Source: Eledone cirrhosa
Taxonomy: Eukaryota
Assembly: GCA_964016885.1 (NCBI GenBank)
Contig: OZ024742.1
Location: 301,630,001-301,694,000 of the forward strand
Direction: 5' to 3'
Length of the DNA: 64,000 bases
Shown: piece after piece, positions 1 through 12,317 of the stretch
How positions within the stretch are numbered: the first letter of the stretch is position 1
Layout of the letters: every line of letters starts with the position of its first letter
Notes under the pieces: generated by a model
The model's database searches: none
Told to the model about the DNA's origin: nothing
Seen by the model: the letters and a program-made list of their open reading frames with translations, nothing else
Position numbers and translations under genes: made by a program

Positions 1-3000
1 TCACACATGCTCTAACAGTGAACTTAGCGCTAACATGAAAACTAACACAAACACAAAATCTGAAAACTAACATTAAATAGAAAACTAACCTGAACACTAA
101 CACTAAAACTAACACTAACCTGAACACCAGCAGTAAAACTAACACTACCGTAAACACTAATACAAACACTAACACTGACCTGAGCACTAACACTAAAAGT
201 AACACTAACACTAACCTGAAAACTTACACTAAAACTAACATTAGCCTGAACACTAGCACTAAAACTAACACTACCATAAACAGTAACACAAACACTAACA
301 CTGATCTGAGCACTAACACTAAAAGTAACACAAACACTAATCTGAAAACTGATACTAACCAGAAAACTAAGCTAACATTAACTTCAACACTAAAACAAAC
401 ACTAACGTTAACAGAGATACTAACACAAATATTAACACAAAAACAAACACTAACACAATCTCTAACACTAACCTCAACAGTAACACTAAAACTAACATTA
501 ACTTGAACACTAACTCTAACCTGAAAACTAAGCTAACATTAACCTGAACACTAACATAAACACTAATGCTAACATTAACAGAAATACTAATGCTAACGTT
601 TACGCTAACCTTAACACAAAAACAAGGACTAACGCTAACACAATCACTAACACTAATGCTAACAGAGATATTAACACAAAAACAAATACTAACACTAACA
701 CAATCTCTAACATTAACCTTAACACTAAAACGAACACTAACATTAACTTGAACACTAACACTAACCTGAACACTTACACTAAAACTAACACTAACAGAGA
801 TACTAACACAAATATTAACACAAAAACAAACACTAACACAATCTCTAACACTAAAACTAACATTAACACTAACATAACTTGAACACTAACACTAACCTGA
901 ACACTTACACTAAAACTAACATTAACCTAAACACTAGCACTAAAACTAACACTACCATAAAAACTAACACTAAAAACAACACTAACACTAACTAACCTGA
1001 ACACTAACACGAAAACTGATACTAACCAGAAAACTAAGCTAACATTAACCTCAACACTAAAACAAACACTAACATTAACAGAAAAACAAAGACTAGCACT
1101 AACACTAATGGAAACACTAACACAAACATTAACACACAATAAAACACTAACACTAACCTGAACACTAACACTAAAACTGACATTAACACGAACATTAACC
1201 TGAACACTAACACAAACACTAACACTAACAAAAATGCTAACACTAATACAAAATCAAACACTAACACGAACACTAATGGAAATACTAACACCAACGCTGA
1301 CGAAGATGGCTATGCTGGCACAAACGCTAGCGCAAATGTTGACACAATCGCTTACGCTGACATAAACACTAGCGTGAATACTGATGCAGGTGCAAAGACT
1401 GACGCATACGCTGATGTAAATGCTACACAGACTCTAACGTTGACGTGGACACTGACACAAATGCTCACGCTGATGCAAACACTAAAGCAAATGCAGACAC
1501 TAATGCAAATACAGACGCAAATGTTGATGCAGATGTTAAAGCAAACGCAAATGCTGACGCAAACGATGACAGCAATGCTAATGTGAACCTTAACGCAGAC
1601 CTAAACATTGACGTAGAAGCTAAAGGAAACACTGATGCAAACACTAATGAAAATGCTGACGCAGACGCTAACACACGTTAACACAGATGCTAACGTAAAG
1701 ACTGACGCAGATGCTAATATAAACACTGACGCAGACGCTAACATAAATGCTGACACAGATGCTAACACACATTGACACAGACGCTAACGTAAACGATGAC
1801 ATAGAAGCTAACGTAAACGCTGACACAGACGCAAATGTAAACGCTGACGCTGATGTAGATGTAAATACAGACGCTGACACAGACGCTGACGTAGAAGCTA
1901 ACACAAACGCTGACACAGACACTAATGTAGATGCTGACGTAGAAGCTAACGTAGATGCTGACGTAGAAGCTAATGTAAACACTGACGTCGAAGCTAACAA
2001 AACGCTGACGTAGTTGTTACGTAGAAGCAGGCGTAGAAATTAGCGTTTACCCTTACTGCTGAAGCTGATCTCCAAAACGCAATTACTGATGCGGATTGCT
2101 GAAGCCAAAGCCAAGCTAACGCCGACGCAAAGGTTGAGGCAGTTTTGCCGGCTCTGACGTGTATGCTGACGCTAATGCAAATGCTGATGCGGACGCTAGG
2201 GCTAAGGCTAACGCTGAAGCAAATGCTGAAGTTAACGCTTACATGGGATATGCAGACGTTGCAATGATGCGGACGCCACAGGAAAGGTTGATGGAAACGC
2301 CAATGCTAACGGAAAACGCTGACATAGACGTTACGGAAATGCTGACACAGATGCTAACGTACACACTGACACAGATGCTAACGTAAACACTGACGTTAAC
2401 TGAAACGCTGACACAGACGCAGTCGGAAAAGCTGACGTAGAAGCTAACGGAAATGCTGACAAAGACGTTAAAGGAAACGTTGTCGCAAACGCTAATGTGA
2501 ATGCTGATGCAGATGCTGACGCAATTGCTAACCCCTACACAAATGCTAACACTGACTCAAACACTAATGCAAATGCTGACGTGCACGCTGATGCAAACGC
2601 TTGACACTGAGGGAAATGCTGACACGGACGCTAATGATAATGCTGACGGAGATGTAGGCACTGAAACAAACACTAATGCTAACACTAATGTTGACTCAGA
2701 CGCTAAGGGAAATGCTGACACAATCACTATCACCAGTGCAGACGCTGACGCAAATGCTGACATAGATGCTGACACGCAAACACTAAGGCTAATCCAAACA
2801 CTAACGCAGATGCTAACACCCGTCTACAAAGACACTAACACAAAAGGTTACATAGACGCTTATGCAAATGCTAACGCTGATGCAGACAGTAACGCAAACA
2901 GTAACTGTAAGAGTAACAGTTACAATAACACTAACAGTGACAGTAATGCTAACAGTAACACAGTCACTAACAATAAACTTACCATTAACAGTAAAACTTA

Positions 3001-3035
3001 CCCTAACACTAACCCTAAATCTAACATTAATCCAG
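1..3035. repeat. Degenerate hexamer-periodic array: (AACACT)n grading into (GACGCT/AATGCT)n, with a few AACCCT-like units at the 3' end
   Basis: 6-nt periodicity is visible throughout. The ORF track shows only low-complexity LTLT/ADAN/VLVF translations with repeated frame changes. Confidence 0.9.
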
Positions 3036-3149
3036 AGAAAAAAGTCATTTGCAATCACATTTAAGGTCACTCTTTAAGATATAGAAGATAGGCATTACAT
3101 TTTAATGATTTTAATTTAAAGAGAATCACGCTATACGATGCAACACAAT

Positions 3150-5340
3150 AACAAACGACACCACACTAACCTACACTACACCAAACCAGATTATACCATA
3201 CCTTGGTAAATTTATGATAGGTTTCCATGTTATAACTACACCAAACTAAATCATACCAAACTACACCATAACCAAACCACACCATAACAAACTACACCAT
3301 ACTACATCACACCATGCTATTGAACTAAGTGTGAAAAATTTTCTTCCTGCTTTTTTTGTCTTTTTTGTGTGTGTGCTTACCACCCAATCTGACATTAAAA
3401 GTGTTCGCAATTAACTATTTGTTTGCACATATTATCAATGAAGACTTTGAAACCTGTTGAAAATGACTAGCTTTGTAGAAAAAAGAGGGAGGATGTGGGT
3501 GGAAATACCATTTACAAAGCTAGTCATTTTTTATTGCAGTGGAAGTCATATTTTTTGTTAATATGCTAAAAGCATAGTCCACAGCGAGCTTCTTGGAAGT
3601 TAACACATGCAAAAATGAAGGAAAAATTTTTTTTTAACATAAATCAAAGTGGAAATTTAAATCCTCACTTATAACAAAGCACACCACAGCACATTAATCT
3701 ACCTCAATCCACACCATATACTTCACCATAACCATACTTCACTATATGGTAAATTTATTACAGAACACCTACTCCTACCATTTACATCACATGTGACAAA
3801 TTTGCTGCCTGCTTTTTTTTTTTTTGTGGGTACCACCTCAAACTAACATCAAAGGTGCTTGCAAATGACTATTTTCCCACACATTATCAATGGATATGAC
3901 ATGGGAATCTATCATTTACAATTGGTTTTCATTTCATAACTTCACCAAACCGAACCAAACCACACCATACCAAGTTACACCATACTACATCACACCAAGC
4001 TATTGATCTTGGTGTGAAAAATTTTCTTCCCGTTTCCTTTTTTTTTTTTGTGTGTGTTCTTACCACCCAATCTGACATCAAAGGTGCTGCAATTGACTAA
4101 CTATTTTTCGCACATATCAATAATTATGACATGGAAAACTGTCGAAAATGACTAGCTTTGTAGAAAAAAGAGGGAGGATGTGGGTGGAAATACCATTTAC
4201 AAAGCTAGTCATTTTTTATTGCAGCGGAAGTCATATTTTTTGTTAATATGCTAAAAGCATAGTCCACTGCGAGCATCTTGGAAGTTGATAGCACATGCAT
4301 AAATCAAAGTGGAAATTTAAATCCTCACTTATAACAAAGCACACCACAGCACATTAATCTACCCCAATCCACACCATAAATTCACCATAACCATACTTCA
4401 CTATATGGTAAATTTATTACAAAACACCTACTCTTACCATTTACATCACACCAAGCTATTGATCTTGGTGTGAAACATTTTCTTCCCGTTTCCTTTTTTT
4501 TTTTTTTGTGTGTGTGCTTACCACCCAATCTGACATTAAAGGTGCTCCCAATTGACTATTTTTTTTCCACTTATCAACAATTATGACAGGGAAACCTGTC
4601 GAAAATGACTATCTTTGTAGAAACTTCACCAAACCACACCATACTACATCACACCAAGATATTGATTTTGGTGTGACAAATTTTCATCTGGCATTTTTTA
4701 TTTATTTATTTTTTTTTTTTTATTGTGCTTACCACCCAATTTGACATAAAAGGTGCTCGCAAATTACTATTTTATGCACATATTATCAATGGTTATGACA
4801 TGGAAACCTGATGAAAAGGACTAGCGTTGTAGAAAAAAGAGGGAGGATGTGGGTGGAAATGCCATTTTTATTGCAGCAGAAGTCATATTTTTTGTTAATA
4901 TGCTAAAAGCATAGTCCAAAAGTTGATAGCACATGCAAAAATGAAGGAAAACATTTTTTTTCTAACATAAATCAAAGTGGAAATTTAAATCCTCACTTAT
5001 AACAAAGCACACCACAGCACATTAATCTACCCCAATCCACACCATAAATTCACCATAACCATTCTTCACTATATGGTAAATTTATTACAGAACACCTACT
5101 CCTACCATTTACATCACACCAATGCTCGCAGTTGACTATTTTTTTCACATATTATGAATGAATATAACTTTGAAACCTCTCGTCAATGATTAGCTTTGTA
5201 GCAAAATGAAGGCAGAAATTGGGTGGAAAAACCATTCACAAAGCTAGTCATTTTTAATTGCAGTGGAAATCATATTTGTTATTAATATGCTAAAAAAATA
5301 GTCAAATGCAAGCATTTTGGAGGTCGGATTAGTTGATAGG
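3150..5340. repeat. Complex tandem duplication of a several-hundred-bp unit with CACCA/TACCA pentamers and an 18-bp hairpin
   Basis: The block 'actagctttgtagaaaaaagagggaggatgtgggtggaaat' recurs near 3466, 4151 and 4820, with a variant at 5190. 'aaatcaaagtggaaatttaaatcctcacttataacaaagcacaccacagc' recurs near 3641, 4301 and 4969. Confidence 0.85.
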
Positions 5341-5478
5341 ACATAAAAAAACAAAGGAAAACAAATATTGTCTATATGTTCCTGTGGAAAGTCGGGTCTT
5401 CTGTATTAGTGTGTGACGCCAGAGGTCATGGTCGTGTGTCATTGCCCTTGAGAGGTGCAATTGGGAAAGGTCGGCTTA

Positions 5479-6060
5479 GAAATATTTACTTCTGCGTTCA
5501 CAGATTGATTTTTTTTTAGTTTCAGAAGATCCCATTAAGGGTGAAAGCAGCCGATTCTTTGCTTAAACTTTAATCTGTTATTTTAATAAATATTTGCTCT
5601 ACGGTTCTTATATATTTGATATATATTTATCCTTATCGAGCCCTCTTTGGATGTTAGTCTTCAAATTTATTATTATTACTATTTGGCTCCCTTGATTGAG
5701 TACTCTATTGACTTATATTCATCATGCAGAAACATCTGAATATTTCTACAAAGAACATACCCGTACCAAGCAGGAAGAAATACCTAAAACTACGTCTCCA
5801 CGAACCAAAGTATCGTCTTCCTGTCTTCCTTCGGTTGCAACGTTTTTTGAAATATTTACTTCTGCGTTCACAGATTGATTTTTTTTTTTTTTTTTTTTTT
5901 TAGTTTCAGAAGATCCCATTAAGGGTGAAAGCAGCCAATTCTTTGCTTAAACTTTAATCTGTTATTTTAATAAATATTTGCTCTACGGTTCTTACATAAT
6001 TGATATATATTTATCCCTATCAAGCCCTCTTTGGATTTTAGTCTTCATATGTATTATTAC
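5479..6060. repeat. Two tandem copies (~370 bp apart) of a fragment of the element also at 43247-43340 and 44250-44303
   Basis: 'gaaatatttacttctgcgttcacagattga...tttcagaagatcccattaagggtgaaagcagcc' occurs at 5479 and 5849, and similarly at 43247. Confidence 0.75.
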
Positions 6061-6144
6061 TAATATATATATATATATATATATTGTGTGTGTGTATATA
6101 TTAGTTTATATATGTGTGTATATATATATATATACATACATACA

Positions 6145-6512
6145 TATTGAGAGCATTGGCCTTGCAATCGAAAGGTTGTGAGTTCAATTCTCACACCGGG
6201 TGATGTGTTGTTTCCTTGAGCAAGACACTTTATTTCACATTGCTCCAGTTTACTCAGCTGTAGAAATGAGATGATAGGACTGGAGTCCCTATCATTCCAC
6301 TGCAAAGTGGTCGTGGAGGTGCCACGGCAAAAAAGCACCCAGCCCACACTGTAAAGTGGTCGTGGAGGTGCCACTGGAAAAAAGCACCTAGCACTCACTG
6401 TAAATGAGGTTGGTGTTAGGAAGGGCATCCAGCTGTAGAAATCAAGCCAGAATCAGTTCCCGTCCCACCCTTGCAAGCAGGGAAAAAGTGGACGTAAAAT
6501 GAAATGATGATG
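6145..6512 (+). mobile_element. tRNA-type SINE (family A) with RTE-like 3' tail ending in (TGA)n
   Basis: B-box-like 'gagttcaattctc' and core 'tccttgagcaagacactttatttcacattgctccag'. The tail is shared with the RTE at 9345-9600. Near-identical copies occur elsewhere in the window. Confidence 0.8.
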
Positions 6513-6513
6513 A

Positions 6514-6845
6514 ATACTCCCAGCTGTGGTCACCCTATAGTTTCAAACTAACCATGGAGCTTGAATCAATCCAATGAAGCTACACCAAGGAGGTTGCCAC
6601 GATGAAGGAGATAAACTACTGGGAGAGTCTAAAAGAACTGAAACTCTACTCCTCGGAATGAAGACGGGAGAGATATGCAATGATATACATATGGAAAATC
6701 TTGGGGGACTAAGACCAAACTTTCGCATTGAGAACTGGACCAATTCTCGAACAGGACGTCACTGTGTGGTACCAAAGGTCCCGTCTTCCACATCTAGAAT
6801 CAGGAGCAGCTATTCCAATAGCCTGGGGTTCAAAGGCCCTCAACT
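6514..6845 (+). mobile_element. CR1/L2-group LINE RT C-terminal fragment (degenerate)
   Basis: Frameshifted peptide pieces PQLWSP..LESIQ..RRERYAMIYIWKIL..RTGRHCVVP..SLGFKGPQL resemble CR1/L2-group ORF2 C-termini. Confidence 0.55.
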
Positions 6846-6917
6846 TGGTTTTCAAAATTTAAATTTGTGTTTCCTCTTCATCAATGCTTCAAGCAAGCTA
6901 TAAAACTCTGTTATATT

Positions 6918-7280
6918 TCATCATCATCATTTTATGTCCGTTCTTCTACGCTAGCATGGGTTGTCCTGTTGTGGGCAGTGTCCGGTCGGCTGACCTTGTC
7001 TTGCTCATACGGGAACTGATTCTGGCTGGATGTCCTTCCTAACACCAATCTCATTTACAGTGAGTGCTGGGTTTTTTTGGGTTTTTTTCGTTGCACTTCC
7101 ACGACCACTTTGCAGTGGAATGACCCCAGTCCTATCATCTCATTTCTACAGCTGAGTAAACTGGAGCAATGTGAAATAAAGTGTCTTGCTCAAGGAAACA
7201 ACACATCACCCGGTCCAAGAATTAAACTCACAACCTTTCAATTGCAAGGCCAATGCTCTAACCACTGAGCCATGTGCCTT
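6918..7280 (-). mobile_element. SINE family A copy
   Basis: Reverse complement of 6145-6512, with a (CAT)n tail at 6918. Confidence 0.8.
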
Positions 7281-7299
7281 CTATTGTTGACAATGTTAG

Positions 7300-8250
7300 G
7301 TCAGGTGACCATGTCTTGCTCATAAAGAACTGATTTTGGCTTGGTTTCTACAGCTGGATGCCCTTCCTAATGCCAACCGCTCATTTACAGTGAGTACTGG
7401 GTGTCTTTTGTTGTGATTCCTCCACGACTACTTTACAGTGTGGACTGGGTGTTTTTTACCGTGTCACCATCACGACCACTTTACAGTGTTTCGGCCTGTT
7501 CTCATGAAAGATATATTGGCAGGTGGGATGGAGTGGTGTATACTGTATGTATGTTTCAGCCTTGGCCCGGGCCCGAGGGAAGTTGGGGTTTCTGTATTAC
7601 CTTATAAGGCCAGAGCTCTTGGTCCTGTGTCATTGCCTTTCAGAGGTGCAATTGGGCAAGGTCAGCTTTTATCACTTCATCTCAAGTCTTTCTGGGACTT
7701 TATGTAGCTGTCATCCTTCATACGAATCACATGTCCATACCAACATAATCTCCTCTCCTGCACAACATTTGATTCCTCTTATGCCTAGTTTCTCTTTCAG
7801 TTTGTTTATGCTTTGCTGTTCGCGTATATTACTATTACACATCCATTGGAGTATACAAGCTTCATTCCTTTCTAATCTACGCAAGTCTTCTATACACAGC
7901 GCCCAGCTCTCACTACCATGCAACATTGCCGTTCATATGCACACATCATACAGTCTACCTTTTATTCTGAGGGAAAAACCTTGTGGCAGTAGCTCCCTCA
8001 ACTTCTTCCATCCCGTTCTTTCAGAACACCCCCCCCCCCTCTGCTGCTAATTAGGTATTGTTTTTACCAAGTCCACCCAGACTTTGATGTCACTTGTTTT
8101 CTGCTTACTGTCCTGGTGCAACTGCTACATGTAAAGCCTACATTCTTAACTAAACTTCCTGAGATCCCACTACATCTCTTGTGCACCCATAGTTTGCATA
8201 TGGGGCAGAGGATGGAGTTTCTACCTACACCTCTCCTACATAATGAGCAC
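7300..8250 (-). mobile_element. Degenerate 5'-truncated RTE LINE (3' part of RT, PHD-like insert, 3'UTR)
   Basis: Peptides MLHGSESWAL..LRRLERNEACILQWMC and CSLCRRGVGRNSILCPICKLWVHKRCSG are paralogous to the element at 9345-11727. Confidence 0.85.
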
Positions 8251-8291
8251 ACACACACACATATATACACACACTCACATATACATATATA

Positions 8292-9330
8292 CTAGCCGAA
8301 TTACCAGCGCATTGCTGTGTTTCACACATTTCACACATTTTTTTTGTAAGAAAATGATGATTGATTTTAAATCAGTGATATAATTTATGGAGAAAAACTC
8401 AATATTACTCAATGTAAAATATAATGCATGAAAAATTGGAAAACATCATTTTTTGTAATATATCAAATCAAAATCGCATTATTAACGGTGAATTGGCAGT
8501 ATCGGTAGAGGGCATGGACACCATGCTTTCTAGCATAGTTATGTCCCTTTACGATCTGAGTTCAAATCCCGCCGAGGTTGACTTTGCCTTTCATCCTTAC
8601 GGGGTCGATAAAATAAAGTACCAGTAATGCACTGGGTAATTGCTGGCCTTGTGCCTAAAGTAGAAACAATTATTAAATCTTATTCTTATTTTGTTTCTTG
8701 TAAATAATTTTTTTCAAAATATCAATTGAAAACTTTTGTGAATAGGCATCATATCTGGTCATTTACCTATGGTTTAAGTTTCATATAAATCGAAAGGGAA
8801 AAGTTTTCAGTGGGGGGGTTTGTACCCCTGTGGACCCTAATAAGGGGTTTAACCACCATTAAGGTGTCTTATAGTATTGAAATTTTGTGAATAGGCATCA
8901 TATCTCTCCATTTATCTATGGTTTAAATTGCATATAAATCAAACCGAAACAATTTTCAGCGGGGATTTTGTGCCCCCTGCTGATCCCTAATCGGGGGTTT
9001 AACCCCCATTAGGGTATTGTAATTTTATTGAAATTTGCTGAAATGATGTGAATAGGCATCATATCTTGTCATTTACCTATGGTTTAAATTTCATATAAAT
9101 CGAAGGTAAAGTTTAAGCGGCGGTTTTGTGCCCCCGATGAACCCTTTGATTAAAATGAAATATACTTATACAAGTACCCTGGGCAATGTAGTTTCAAAAT
9201 ATATATGGTTATGGGGGTCTATCTCCAAAACCATAGGAGGAGTTCGTAAAATCTTGTTCCATTTATTGGCCAAACTTTTCACTATAGGGTGTTTAACCCC
9301 ATTAGGATGTCTTAATATTATTGAAATTTA
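8292..9330 (-). mobile_element. Non-autonomous Helitron-like element with internal ~140-bp tandem repeats, interrupted by a SINE
   Basis: The minus-strand end reads '...gcaatgcgctggtaattcggCTAG|t'. Three repeats of 'tgtgaataggcatcatatct..catttacctatggtttaa'. A homologous copy lies in the opposite orientation at 23885-24405. Confidence 0.45.
8485..8675 (+). mobile_element. tRNA-type SINE (family B)
   Basis: A-box-like 'tggcagtatcggtag', B-box 'gagttcaaatccc' and tail 'ttgtgcctaaagtagaaacaattatt'. Many copies occur in the window. Confidence 0.8.
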
Positions 9331-9344
9331 CACACACACACACA

Positions 9345-11724
9345 CACCATCCTCCTCCTCCTCACCGTTTTACGTCCGTTCTTCCACGCTAGCATGGGTT
9401 AGACGGGTTGTCCTGTTGTGGGCAGTGTCTGGTCGGCTGACCATCCCTTGCTCATACAGGAACTGATTTGGCTTGATTTCTACAGCTGGATGCCCTTCCT
9501 AACACCAACCTCATTTACAGTGAGTGGTGGGTGCTTTATCCGTGGCGCCTACACGTCCACTTTACAGTGTGGGCTGGGTGCTTTTTTGCCGTGGCACCTC
9601 CACGACCACCTTGCAGTGGGAGGGTGTGGGGGCATATTGTCTATATGCTTCAGCTTGTACCCATGGGAGGTCGGGTACTCTGTATTACTGCGTGACGCCA
9701 GAGGTCACGGTCGTGTGTCATTGCCTTGGAGAGGTGTAATTGGGTAAGGTCGGCTTTTTTCACCTCATCCCAGGTCATCTTGGATCTCCCCACTCCGCGG
9801 TTTCCATCGACTTCTAGTGCTCTGCACCTTTTTATGCAGCTGTCATCCTTCATACGCATCACATGTCCATACCAACGCAACCACCTCTCCTGCACACAGC
9901 ATTTGATTCCTCTTATGCTCAGTCTCTCTCTCAATTCATTTATGCTTTGTCGGTCGCGTATATTACTATTACACATCCATCGGAGCATGCAGGCTTCATT
10001 TCTCTCTAATCTACGTAAGTCTTCCACCTTCAGTGCCCAGGTCTCACTACCATGTAACATTGCTGTTCGGATACACGCATCATACAGTCTGCCTTTCATT
10101 TTGAGGGAGAAGCCTTTTGCAGCTAGCAGTGGCAGTAGTTCCCTGAACTTCTTCCATCCTGTTCTTACCCTAGTTATTGTACTTTCTGAACACCCATCTC
10201 CGCTGTTAATTCGGTCACCTAGGTAGCAGAAGCTGTCTACTGTCTCTACAGAGCCCTCCCAGAGATTGGTGGTACTTGCTTGCTGTCCCAGTACAGCTGC
10301 TGCATGTGAAGCCTACATTCTTAATTAAGCTTCCTGAGATCCCGCTACATCTCTTGTGTACCCATGTTTGCATTTGGGGCAGAGAATGGAGTTCCTACCT
10401 ACACCTTTCCTACATACTGAGCAAGGCCATTTCCCTGAGGGGATCTGGGTTCTGTTTTCTCGTCTACTTACAAGGACCTTAGTCTTTGTCATGTTGACTT
10501 TGAGACCCTTTCTTTCTAGTCCCTGCTTCCAAGTTTGGAATTTCTTCTCTAGTTCTACCATAGATTCAGCTATAAGTGCGAGGTCATCAGCATACAGGAG
10601 TTCCCATGGGCATCCGGTCTTAAACTCCTCCGTTATTGCCTGCAGGACTATGATGAACAGGAGAGGGCTAAGAACAGAGCCCTAGTGGACACCAACCTGT
10701 ACGCTAAATTCCTTGCTATACTCATTGCTAATCCTAACTTTGCTGACTACTCCCCTATACATGGCTTGTACAGCTTTCACAAGCCATTCATCTACTCCTA
10801 GTTTTCTAAGAGCCCACCAGATTACAGCACGTGGAACTCTAACAAAGGCTTTCTCGAGATCAACGAATGCCAGGTAGAGTGGCTTACTTTTAGCTAGGTA
10901 CTTTTCCTGTAACTGCCTCACAAGAAAGAGCGCATCAGTGGTGCCTCTTCCTGGTACAAACCCAAATTGCATCTCATCTAGTTTCACCCGGTCCCTAATC
11001 AACTGTGCTATAACTTTTTCTGTTACTTTCATGACCTGGTCCATCAGCTTTATACCTCTATAGTTTCCTCTATCGAGTGCATCACCTTTACTTTTGTAGC
11101 AGTTGACAATGATGCTACTGCACCAATCTTTTGGTATGACACCTTCTAGTATTACCTGGTTAACAATACGTGTGGTTATAGTGTGACCTACAGACCCAGA
11201 TGCCTTCAGCATCTCGGCAGCTATACCCGATGGACCGGTTGCCTTCCCCATCTTCATATCTTTGATTGCCTTACTTACTACGCTGCTGCTGACTTGAACT
11301 GCTGGCCCCTCTATAGGGTCTACTTGGGGTAGGGTCTCTTCTTCCCATGCATTCTCCTCATTTAGTAATCTATCATAATGACTCTTCCATGCATCTTTCT
11401 TCTCAGCACTTGTGAGGGCAAGCTCACCTTTATCATTCCGGGTACACTTCTCTCCAATGACATCACAATTCTCTCTGACACACTGCCTCGCAATCTTGAA
11501 CACCTCCTGTTTCTGGTCCTCTCGTTGCAAAACATGCTTGAATTTTCTATCCTCTGCTTCCCTCCTAGCTAAGTATACTTGTCGCCTAGCTTCCCTCTTG
11601 GTCTCTATGTAATGTAGCTTGCTCCCCCCGTTCTTCCATTCTTTCCATGTCTGTCTCTTGGCCTTAACTGCCTCATCTACCTTATTGTTCCACCACCAAG
11701 TCACTCTCCTCCTGCTTGTGGTCT

Positions 11725-11727
<3 letters not shown>
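9345..11727 (-). mobile_element. RTE-clade LINE, 5'-truncated, RT region with stops/frameshifts and a PHD-like zinc-finger insert
   Basis: RT motifs KATGPSGI, YRGIKLM, QFGF, FVDLEKAF and YADDL; MLHGSETW..LRWYGHVMR; 3'UTR at 9345-9650. Confidence 0.92.
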
Positions 11728-11776
<49 letters not shown>

Positions 11777-12019
11777 TATTTATATCTTTTAGCAGAACAT
11801 TTTAATATTGCCACTCAATGAAAACCCTTTGTTTGGAATAAATGAATCTTGAAAATTAGGAGTGCCTGTCAGTGTGTATGTGTTTATCTACTTAGTATCA
11901 ATTTACTACCCTCCGCTACCACCAGAAAATGTATAAATACCACCATATTACATTGACAGTCGGCTTTTCTGATGATTTTCTCCGAATCAAACAGTTATAG
12001 TCCTGTTGAAGCCATTTCT

Positions 12020-12309
12020 TTCTATGTCCCCGCGCATGTACATACACATGCACCCATGTATATACACATATACATATACATACATATGTACATGTGTATA
12101 TACATATTTACACACTTTTGGATGGCCGTTGACTCTTATGAGATCTTCCGCCCTTTGTCAGGTTTTGTTTTTTGCCCTGCAGGGTGTCCAAAATCACCCT
12201 CCTCACCAAGTAAACTTGGTGGGGTTGCCGGTTTAGTCACCGACGACCCGACCATGCGACAGGTTGTACTGGGTTACATGTTACCAGTAGCACTCAAGAG
12301 TGACCCGAC
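12020..12309 (-). mobile_element. 5' module of (CATA)n-associated RTE family (copy A)
   Basis: About 200 bp nearly identical to 13853-14003 and 19830-20017, abutting CATA repeats. Confidence 0.75.
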
Positions 12310-12317
12310 ATACATAC

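Noticed and set aside
3040-3064. C-terminal KKVICNHI as a CaaX prenylation signal
   Set aside because: The middle residues N and H are not aliphatic, and the coding status of the array is itself unproven.
8485-8590. A-box/B-box sequences as tRNA genes
   Set aside because: They are heads of multi-copy SINEs with no cloverleaf or anticodon arm.
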